This document shows, piece after piece, positions 9,194 to 21,100 of a DNA stretch of 64,000 nucleotides (within the stretch, counting starts at the first letter, position 1; each line of letters opens with the position of its first letter). Source of the stretch: Methanobacteriota archaeon (GTDB lineage: Archaea > Thermoplasmatota > Poseidoniia > Poseidoniales > Poseidoniaceae); the NCBI GenBank assembly GCA_004195635.1, contig PSPT01000002.1:26200-90199 (forward strand), in the 5' to 3' direction. The notes below the pieces were generated by a model, which was not told the origin of the DNA, made no database searches, and was given only the letters and a program-made list of their open reading frames with translations. The translations under genes and the position numbers were made by a program.

Positions 9194-12100
9194 GTGAACC
9201 TAGAAAATAAAAAAATGAACAAAACTACTGTTTGGAGCGGAGTCGGTGCAGCACTTTTCTTAGTGCTGCTAATGACATTAATGCCGATGAGCGGATTAGT
9301 TGAAAATACAAAGAACGCAATTGACTTCTCTGAGGAGTCGAACCTGTCAGAAGCAAAAGAAGACCCCTTTGCTTTGCCGCAGGAGCAGAACGAAAAAGCT
9401 AGTGTCAATGAACTAGACCCTGCCAAGGAATTATTGGGAATGCGTTCCCTTAATCAAAAGGCATACATTGGCGAAGATGGCGATATCGAGGTATTAACTT
9501 ACAGCGATCCAGTCCACTTCATTTCCGATGAGGGCACTTGGGAAGAAATTGATACAAATCTCGTATCCACCCCTGGTGGCTGGGAAGTTACTGATAATAT
9601 CTTTAAGACATACTTCAGTAATGATGTTGGCAATGGTGTTGCTGTTCAAGCGCACCCAAATGCCGACCCCGTAATTGTGGGTATTCAGCCCCAGATTGTT
9701 ACTCTTGACATTACAGGAACTGCACCGATGCCATATCGTGTTGCACCTGCACTTGAAGAGATAACAACTGGTGCAAACACAATTCGGTACCCACTGGCTG
9801 AAGGTTTCGATCTCGACTACCAAGTTGAGGGAACTCAAGTCAAGCAAAATCTCATTATTCGAGAGCAGCCAATCCTAGATGCAAATGCAGAATGGCTTGG
9901 ACTTTCAGAATTTGTGCAATTGCCTGTGGATTACGCCTTGTACATGGGTGAAGTTATGATTACCAGTGAAATGGTAATGACTCAGGAACCTCTTCAGGTT
10001 CGCCACATTGAAACTGGTGATCTTCTGGTTGAATTCCCTGAACCTATTGTATTTGATGTAAATAATCATGAAATGCATGGTGCTACATACTTCGTCTCGG
10101 CAAATGGTCCAATGATCAGTTTGACCACCGCAGTAGATAGTGACTGGTTGATGGAAGAAAACCGTAGTTATCCAATTCAACTTGATCCATCTGTACAAGT
10201 AAAGCAATCAAACGGTGGATACTGTTACGTTTACTATGGATACTGCTATAACAACTCATACAGTTATTTGTACCGTTACTATGGTAGTTTGTACTACCTG
10301 CCTTGGCATAAGTATTCCTTTACTGCTCAAAACTTTGGCAGTACTGCATACGCAACTAAGGTTGAGTGGAAGATGTATCGTCAATACTACTACTCCTATT
10401 CATCTAACCAGGCTGATACAACGTTACTTCAGACCTGTGGTGTGGACCAAAGGTACAATTATGGAGTAACATCTTCATCCTGTTCAGGAACAATCGCTTC
10501 TTCATTATTATCGGGATCAAATTCCAATTATAATGAACGTAAGTTAATTTCCTCAATTTGGAATAGTGCAACTACTGGAGGGACAATGCCTAGCGGAACT
10601 GGTTGGAAGACTGCAACTATTTGTAACTCTCAATCTACATGTTCAACTGGTGCAGGTTCAACAATTTTTAATGCAGCAAATAATGGTGGAACATTAGGTA
10701 TGGGTATGAAATACACAACCTCAACTTACTACTACACATATACCTACAACGCAGGTTCTTCAGCATCTTACTTCAAGGTGACTTACGGCGGAGCCTCTGA
10801 CACAACACCTCCTGCAGCGCTAGATTATGCAGCTTACACTGGCCTCACGTCATACAAAGAAGGCGCACGCACATTCTTCATCACCTTGAAGGACAACTCA
10901 GGAATTGACTCCACTTCTACCAACGGTCCAAAGTTGATGTACAGCATCAACAATGGAACCTACTCTAGTGCTAGTGCATCTTCAATCGGCACCTGCTCAA
11001 CATCAGTTTCAACCTGTAAATTCAAGGCTACAACTGCAGCACTAAGTGAAGACGACTATGTAAATTATTACTGGTCTTATCAGGATCTTAACGCAGGTGC
11101 AAATGGAGCAAACGCAGGAACTACCCCAAGTGGCGGAAGCACGTCTCCACACTGGTTCTATATTGGCAAGGTTGCCGATGCAGGTAATGCAAAGAAATTC
11201 CAAGTCTCGGTCACAGACCGCAGTGCTTACTCTTCATATCAGCCACAAAAGTACTTTGACCAACTAATGACCTATTATGACAGCAGTGACGAATTCGTGT
11301 TTGAATTTGACACTTCTGGATGCGGATCTGGTGCTCAAAGTTGTTTCTACACCACCAGTTATTACTTTTACCAAATGTGGACAATGCGCTGGACAACCAG
11401 CCCATCCAGCGGATACAATGGATTAGGCGGAACACTGTCCGGTAGTATGGATATGATGCAGGCCGATGGAGGTTATTTGTCAATATCTGCAGCCAATGGA
11501 CCCGGAATGAATCTCATATATTTCTATGATTCCTCCGCAAATAAGTGGGCAATGGTTGGACTAGATACTTCAACAGGAATTGATGAACCAATGTCTGGCG
11601 GAGACACACATTCTCCAAGATCAACTTACGGTTACACCAAAGCCTTCAACATTAAACTAGACAATATCTATGGTACAGTAGGTAAGTTTGACTTTAACGG
11701 TTCATACAGTTCAAGTCGCGCTAACTGGCTATGTCAAGGAACAAACGGATTCGTTTACTTCTTCCGCAGTACTTCTTCTAACCCAATTTGTACAAGTGGA
11801 TACTACTATGCATATTCAACATCATACAGGTGGACTGGATTTGCAATAGGTACTGGGTACTACGGTAGCCAAGCAACTACTGGTGCAACCTCATCTAAGG
11901 TGAGTAAAGTCGCACCAGAGCCAGATCGAAGCGGACCAAAGATGGACTTTACATCACTATTAGATAGCCACGCGCTTGAGCGAACAATATCTGTTGTTAT
12001 TGGCGACCAAGGTGAGCCACCAACTGGACTAAATATTTCTTCAACAAGTGAAATCGGGCCAACACTATACTATCGTTTATCGGGTGCCTCTTCATGGGAT

Positions 12101-15100
12101 TCAAAGAATTTGAATCCAGTTGGTGGAAATCGCAATGCATGTATTTTGAGTGCTTGTGAATGGACTGCTAAACTAGGCGGGACAGGAGCTGCTGCATTAA
12201 CACGTGGAGATACAATGGAATACAAAATATTCTCAAAAGACGTCAATTCAGACAGTGCTGGAGCTAACTCCAACACAAGTTCAGTCGTTTCTTTCGAAGT
12301 GGGCGATCCAAACAAGATGTTTGTAGTTGAATGGCACGATGTTGGATATCGTAATGATATCTATGAATGCACATATCAAGCAGTATTCTATGATGTTACT
12401 AACGAAATTGAATTCAAATATGATTCAAATTGTGAAGTATATTACGACTATGCTACAGTAGGTTATCAAGACCAAACTCGTACTAAGGGTGCTACATTAC
12501 GTGAACCTCTCGACTACATGGCAGGCGCCAACCCGCACAAGGTAAATTACCGAATTGGAACAGACGGTAGCAGCCACGGATCGGAAACATTTGACCTCGG
12601 TGCAATTGAAATCGTTAACTATCAAACAGCAATTACCGGTTCATCCAATGGATATCCATATGCATACTACTGCACTTCTTCCTATTACTACCAAACTTGG
12701 AAGGCAGGTTGTGACGCAAATATTGACATGCCTGATGGCTTCAACTTCGATTACTTTGGCACAACATACAATGGAAGCCAATCAAATAGTCGTGTGATGA
12801 TTAGCAGATTCGGTGGAATGTACTTCAAGAGTACTACCTCAACTGCTCCTGAAAGGGCAATGACTACATGGTATTCAAATATGCCAGACTTACCATACGC
12901 TTCGAGTACATTTTCAAGACCTGGACTAATTGCTCCATGGTGGGGATATTACAGTGCATACTATTGCTATGATTCCTCTAGCACAGATTGTAGTGTACGA
13001 TACCGAGTAATGCCGTTTGAAGGCAAGGGTACGGATATTACCTCTGATCTTCCGAACGGTGCTAATTGGGACTTAATTGACAGTCCAATTCGGATTAACC
13101 CAAGTAATGATTATCTTTCAATAGGTGGAGATGTAAATATTGAGCCTGGTGTAGTTATTCAAGTCGGAGCTGGCAAGGGAATTTCCTTTGATGGCAGTTG
13201 TGACAAATTTATAGCATCGGGTAATTCAACAGACCACATCCTCTTTGAGGGACAGAGTGGCGGAACATGGAAGGGACTTGCTTTCACAGCAGGTTGTACT
13301 ACCGGTACTGATGACCGACATTCCTTGGAATATGTTGACTTTGCAAACACAACTGATGCAGCAATTGCAGCAGGCAGTCGTCACGGAAGTTCACCAAGCA
13401 CAAACTCTAATGTTGGAAACTTCACAATGAACGAAGTAACATTCACCAATGTGGGTAGTGCAATAATGCATGGAAGTGGAGACGGTTCAGCCTTTGATAT
13501 CAGCAACTTTGCTGTTGATACCGCAAGCGGAAGTTGTTTCAATTTCCCAACTGACTCAGTAGTTTCTCTATACGAAGGTACTATGACTAACTGTAATACT
13601 GCAGGTGGAGCAAATGACGGTGCGGTAACAAGCGAAACTGGAACAGCAGGTTCATATTCAATTGAAAATGTATCTGTATCTGGTTCCCCAGTGAACCTCT
13701 TCGTGCTCAATGCACCAACAGTAATGTTGTCAAATGTTTCTGCTGGATCTTCATCAGCACAGAGTGGAATTGGAATTGCCCAGAGCAGAGCAACTGCAAC
13801 TGGAACAGAAACGTTCTATGCTTACAATGTTGATGCAAGTGGCTACAGTACTTCATATGTTTATGCAGATGATAGTTATTATCTTGAAGATGTGGATTTG
13901 GGCGATGGTGCATTAACTTTGCAACATTCCTCTTACACAATGCTTGGTCCAAGCGGAAGTGATGCAACTCTTGACAATGTTCAAGCAGGTGCCATCAATA
14001 TGTACAGGACTGCGCCAATGATGGATGATATTACTGCTACTGGAATGGTGATTAGTGGAGGAAGCCCAACAACCGATGGAATGTTGGGAGCTAATATTGA
14101 TTTGACCACTGGTGGATTTTTCGCATATGGGTGTGGATACTCATACACATTTACTGGTCTTGATGCTTTGAATATCAAGAGTTCTTGTTCAAGCAGCAAT
14201 GCGCCAAATACATTCGTAATTGATGGTGGTGCTTTGACGGGCAATAGTGGAGGCGATGCATTATATGCTCGTAACTCGAAGGTAACTGTCGGAGATGTCG
14301 CAATTACCGGTAGCCCAACAAATGTGGCTACTTCAAGTACGAATGGACAAGTCACTCTTGTTGAAGTCACTAACGGCGGAAACAGTTGCGCTGACTCAAG
14401 CGGATGGATTTCAACAAACTGTGCCCTCGACATTACTTCTTCAACTGGTAATATTTACCTTGGAGGACTAGCAGAAGTTGGAGTATTCAAGATGGTAAAT
14501 GTGAGTGGAACTTTAACAAAGATCTACAAACCAAACCACGTTGTAACTGCAGAACTTGTTGATGGTTCTGGCTCAACTATAACAACTGTCGGAAGACATG
14601 TTACTGATTCCACAGGATTTGTTGACGCATGGGTTCTAAACAACCAACTTTCTGGACTCAGTTTAACCTCAACATCCTATACCAATCACAATGTGTTTGC
14701 TTGGGGTGCCGCAGGAATGAATGAATCTTACGACATTACCTTTGGAATTGGCGACGCGATTGAATTGCGGCTTGAACCAGCACCAATTGACTTTGACCAA
14801 CCTAACATGGATTGTAACTGGCTAAAAAATAATGCAACAACTTCAGCATTTGACCCAGAAGGCGACGATACATATCTCTTTGATGAAACTCCAATGACTT
14901 TGTCAGCGGACCTAAACATTGATGGTTGTACCATTACTTTGATGGGTGCTTCATTGAAGATAAAGTCTGATGCTACAAACAGTCCTTCCCTAATTATCAG
15001 TAGTGGTGGAGTAGTGCAACTAAACATATCTTCAACAAATACAGTTGGTATGATAAAGGCCGTTTCTAGTTCTTACCCCATGCACATTGATATCCAAGAC

Positions 15101-18100
15101 GGTACTCTTTGGCTTGATGGTGGAGTCGTGCGAGATCACGCTCAATCAGCAACAACAGGTGCAGGATTGTATGTCGGAGAGGGTGCAACGCTCAAGATGA
15201 CAAACGCTGGTTCAGTTTACGGATTAGCAGCGACTTCCGATGCAATGGCAACTGTCAAGATTAATGGTGGAACACTTGAAGGTAATAGTGGAAACATCTT
15301 TAATACACAGCAAACTGGAACTGGTATTTGGTTCGAAGATGCTCAAACCGGAATGTCTAATCTTGGAGTTAGTGGTGCAGCAGTAGGTATTCAATCCTAT
15401 AATGCGGCCCCTCAACTCAATGGCTTTACTGTTACAAGCAGTACTGTAGGAGTGGATGTATACGGAGGAATGAGTTTACCAATGCTATATCGTTCAACTT
15501 CATTATCAGGCGAATCATCTGGTTGGAAGACATACTCACTGGATTTGGGTGCTTTCCTTTCAGAGGACTACGTACAAGTTGGATACAATAGCGTATTTGA
15601 AGGTGGAAATGCTCACCCATTGTACAATTATGCAACCTCAAAGTATTACATGATGACCGACAGAATGTGGGTTGAATTTGATCTTGATACTACCGGTGAC
15701 GGAGTTGCAGATTCTTCCTACAATCAATCTACACGAACTTCTGCAATGAGGAGTTCTGCAGGTTATTACGATGGAGCTAATGCAGGTTCAAGTGGTAGCG
15801 ATGATTATGCAGGATACAATTACTATGACTGCAATTTGTATGGCTACACTCAAAACCCAGCATACCGAGACTACGGATACTATTGGTATATGGCAAATCA
15901 AGGCTATAACGGTGGTAAGTACACAAGCAATGGTAATTACGACTATCCTGGATACTTCGGATATAGAATGGAAGCAAATGCTGACAGTTCAAGCAATTCT
16001 CTATACTATCCATATCACTACTGGGCATACTATTACACCTCCTATCATGGCGGCTGGGGCAAGAACATGCCTCCAGAGGGTTACAATGGAATGTGGAATA
16101 ATTACAACATCTGTATGGATTATGCATATACCTATTACTCAAGCCCAGGTGACGGTTTCAGAATAGCCATGCCAATTATTGACATGACAAACACTGGAGA
16201 TAGCGGTGTAAGTGGAGCAGTAACCGGCGCTATCGTCGGTGCAAGTCTAAACATAGACTTCTTCCACAACCGTGCTGACAATTACCAAGACCGTATTGAA
16301 ATTGTTGCTCGCTCAAGTAGCGATGTTACAAACATGGGTGACTGGATGCGTGAAGCAGGAACTCCTCTTCTCACCAATGGAAACATTACTGGTGCAGATG
16401 TAGGTGTCAGTATTGGCGGCAATTTCGCAGCAGCAAACTTTGAAAACCTTCTGATAACAGCACCAACATCAACAGGATTCGAGATGGATGGTTCAGCCTT
16501 TACAAATGTAGATGGCTTAACTGTCACCGGTGGAAATTACGGCGTACTTGTCGGATTAACATCTGGTGGAAGATTGGATGTCACTAATTCTGCATTGAGC
16601 AGTCAAGCGATTGCGGGAGTATCCTACCTCAAGGATATATCTGGATCCTTTGAAGGAACCATTACTGGAAGTGCTGGAGCAGCGATTGAATATGGTACTG
16701 CTACGTCGGAGACCCATGCTTATGACTCGTTGAGTCTCTCTGCGAATACAGTAGGTATGAGTCTCAACGGAAAAGGAACATTTGATTTCACCGATAGTAA
16801 CTTTGCTAATACAGAGGACTTCAATATTGGTGGTTCATCAATTGTGACTTTCGTAGATGGAACTGTAGATGAAACGACTGTAGCAGTTACTGGAACCGGA
16901 TTGTTCAAGAGAGCACGTTCGCTCGAAATAACATTGACTGCGGATGGCTCTAATATTGCAGGAACTAAAATAATGCTAATGGATTCAGAAGGTGCAGTAA
17001 CTGGCACAGCAACAACCGACTCAAGTGGAGTTGCAAGTGGAATCTTGTATAATACTGCATTAGTTGATTCGTCTGGAGCAACATGGCCTGTATTATCTGG
17101 CTATTCCGCCTCAGCCGCAGCAAAGGTAGAACATACTTCCACAGTTATGGATTACCGTTACAAGTCGCAAGCAGTTGCTCTAAGCAACACTACATCAAGT
17201 ACTGATATTATGGCTATGACAAGTTCTGATATGGTACTTCATCGTGTATGTTATGGCTATACTTCAACCTCGTACCAAATGCTTGGCAGTTGTAGCTCAG
17301 GTCTCGGAACTGGAAGTACCAAGACCTACTCCAACGGAGCAAAGGAGTATGGATACTATGGCGCTACGCCGAAGGACATGTCTGGAAAGACCATTATGGT
17401 TGACGTACCATTCATGTATATTGGTTCAGATTCAAGTGGTTCCACAAAGAATACTTGGAATGATTCCACAATTATTGTAACCGGTTCTTACACCTATTAT
17501 AATAATCAACGCTGGACATCTACCTCTCCATACAACTCGCATCTTTACATGAACAATACTACTGTTATCTCTTTGTCTGAATATGATGGCACACAAACTG
17601 GAATCCACCTCGGATATTATGCTTGGTCGGATATCAATCCATGGGTAACAAACAGTACTATCGTCGGATTAAGCAGTATTGCTGCCGGTCGAGAAAATTC
17701 GAACTGGGATCCAGATCACTTCGTGGTTGAGGATAACATACTAATTCGTGGAATGGGTGGGCCTGGAGCGGCGAAGACTTCCTTCTTCTATGAAGAAATG
17801 TGTATCGTAAACAGTGGTATTCATGAAGCTTCTATCAAGGGCAACACAATTTCTGGATGCCCTGTGGGAATCATGATGAGAAATATTGTTTACTCATATG
17901 GGTTCTCTTCAAGTGTATGGGGACCAGATGACTCTGTAATCTCCGGCAACGACTTCGAAGACACAGGTAGCCTTTCGATATGGTTCTACTTCTCCTACGG
18001 AGACGATGTAGAAGTATCAGGAAATACCTTTAGCGGTAGCACTGTACCTCATTACCATGTATATGGTCAGAGTACATCTACAACTGGTCTAATAGTTGAT

Positions 18101-21100
18101 GGTAATACATTCACATCAGGAGCCAATCCAATTTATCTACGAGGAACTCAAAATTTCGATGTTAAGAATAATATTATTGCTGGTGACAAAAACGACGCTC
18201 ACCCAGGTATTTACACATTGAATGGATATGGTTCAATTACCGACAACACTCTCGTTGACTCTGACGGCGGTATCATGATTGATGGTATCCGTTCAGGACA
18301 ATCATTGAGCGTAACTGGTAACTCAATATCCACAAGTAGTGGACGAACTGCACCAAGTGCAATTGGAATTTGGGCTGAAGACTGTGGCGCATCAACTCTA
18401 ACGACTGGAAACAACGACATTTCAACTGTAATGAATGCAATGGTCGTTGACGGATGTGACGTTGATGATACAGGTTCAGATCTACGTGGTACCGGAGGAG
18501 CAGGTAGCAACTCATGGTCTGTTGATGTCATGGCCTCCTACTACGACCCACAGAATCTAACGATTAGCGAAGGCGACACAGTTCGATGGAGAGCCAAAGA
18601 GTATTACAACGGTGCTACACATACTGTAACAAGTAACGATACTTCATCTGGTTCACCTCTGTTTGAGACTTCCGGTACTGGTATGAATTTGGGAAGTACA
18701 TTCTCATACACTTTCACTACTGCTGGAACATATGAGTATCATTGTGCTAATCACCAATTCATGTATGGTAAAATCATAGTAACTTCGGGTAGTAGCTCAA
18801 GCTTTACCTCTGTTGGACTAAATGTAGTAGGCAATAACGATGATATTTCACTTGATGGAACAAGTGTTAGTGGATTCACAGTTGCTCACAGCCAAAGTGG
18901 TGGTAGTCTAGACTTAACCGGAGATGCTTCTCTAATAGGAGACACTTATGCGGTTGAACTCAGCAATGTTGATGTGACCTCTGACGGAGCATTCGTCAAG
19001 GCTAACGAAACAGTAGGTGTAGGATTATACCTCGCAAATGGTGGAAGTATTGACTTAACCAACCTCAGCACAAAGGCAGGATACGGTGTTTACACCGATG
19101 GAACTGACTTCCGCTGGAATGGTGGAAATGCAGAAGGTGGAACTGCACTATATGTAATCGGTGGCGCAGAGGGTAGTGTTGAAAATCTTACCTTCGTAGC
19201 ATCCTCACGCAATGGTGGAGCAGTAACAACTCAAATCAATGCAGGACCATATTCAGTAATTACCTCTGTTGGTAACACTCTTGACCCAGGATCATTGATT
19301 TTGGATATAACTGCTGTTATCCATGAGGCTAACTTACTAACATTTGACTCGGACAGAAATGAAGACTACGACCCAAGCACTGCTGCAACACCCGCAGCTG
19401 ACCTTGGAATGATGATTAAGTCAACCGATGGTGCAAAGGCAGCATATGTCAGCCCATCCTTCCGTACTAACTTCATAACACCTAACGGCGACATGAGTGA
19501 TTGGTTAGGTAACCCACTCAATCCATCTGATGATGCTATGCCTGGTGTAATGTCTGGCGATGGTACAAATGATATGCTAGTAACATGGGATTCTCAGAAT
19601 CTCTATGTGGCTGTAACCGGCGAAGACATGGCATCTGGTGACCTGTTCATCTATATTGACAGCACAAATGGCGGTTCAACGACCACCGCAGATTGGTATG
19701 GTGTACACAACCTACCATTCGGTGCCGACCACGTCCTATGGGCTGAAGATGGTTCAGATGCACCAAATGACGGTGACTCAACAAACACATGGGGTCTAAA
19801 GTCCTACAACATCGCAACTTCAACATTCAATGAGAATTCTGCAAGTTGTACTGCAATGAGCGCAACAATTGGTGACAGCACAGATTCAGACACCGAGTTT
19901 AAGATACCATGGTCCTGTATTGGCTCACCTGCTGATACTGTCCGATTAATGGGAATTGTTCAAGATGAAACTTCTGTTGACATCCAAACAATCCACCCAT
20001 CTCAGACAATCACCGGTAGTGGAACTGAAACATTGGTAACACCAATTGAGGTTACATTAAACCAAGGTGACCTTGGAGACGGTTCTCTAACAGATTATCA
20101 GTTGATTTACCGCAGTTTCGTTGGAAGCAGCACACCAACAGATCCTAAGGAATACGATGTAATGGTCCTTGCTGACGCACCATGTGCTGAAGATTGGGGA
20201 ACAATTTCTGATATCAACATGAGCACCAATGTTGCAGAATCTCTAACCATTGAGCGAGCATGTCCATTCATTGCTTCGCCAAGTTTCGTTACCGTCACAA
20301 CAACCGGCAACAATCTAACAGGAACTGGCTACATGGTAGGATTCGAAGACATGCCAATGCAAATAATTCCATTGACTGGATATGGTATAGACATGCAAAC
20401 CACCGCTGTTAACATGGGCTGGCAAATTACAGACCATCCAAGCACAGCAATGGCTCCAACTACATTGTTGAGTTACAACCAATGGGGTGTAACGGGAATG
20501 ACTATTCCTGTAGACCTTGATGGTGATGGAGTTACTGACTGGGATATGCCAATTGGAGATGACCACCTCGTAAATCTATCTGTTAATGCAAATCAATTCG
20601 GATACTACACAGTATTCCTAACATTGACTGATGAACATGGATTAACTGATGTCGGTATTCTAACCGTTATCATTCTACCAATCAACGACGCACCAATTAT
20701 TTGGAACACTGGTCGTACAGATGGACTCCCTGTATTCGTATCTGATGCTGCAGGTAATGCAAACGTAGCTGATGAAGGATTCGGTTCTCTGACCATCCCA
20801 CTCGGCAGTGCTGCAAACACACCTGGTAGTTTCGTAATGGATCAAGCAAATGAGCAGCCTCAAGTTTATACATGGGGCGCAAGCGTACCTGCTTCCTGTT
20901 CTGCAATCTCAGTAGATGTAACCAACAATGTACTGGTTATTACTGAGAATCAAGCAAATGAACTTGGAGGAGAGTGTGCAATTACCATGACTCTAAGCGA
21001 TGACGGAACTGATGCATTCCCAATTAGTTATATCCACCCACTACTCGGTGTGGACATCTATGGTTGGACCTTCAACGATGCGTACCCAGTACCGGTTACC

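Noticed and set aside
9115-9426. 103-aa minus-strand ORF overlapping the start of the giant gene
   Set aside because: It overlaps the signal-peptide-encoding region and the promoter of a strongly supported gene, with no supporting features.
13981-14433. 150-aa ORF antisense to the giant gene, plus many similar antisense or out-of-frame ORFs inside 9194-22834 and 44069-53089 (e.g. 15771-16166, 22012-22377, 46570-46935)
   Set aside because: They are fully embedded in long, well-supported coding frames. Their sequences are low-complexity with no start context. They are typical antisense artifacts of repeat-rich genes.
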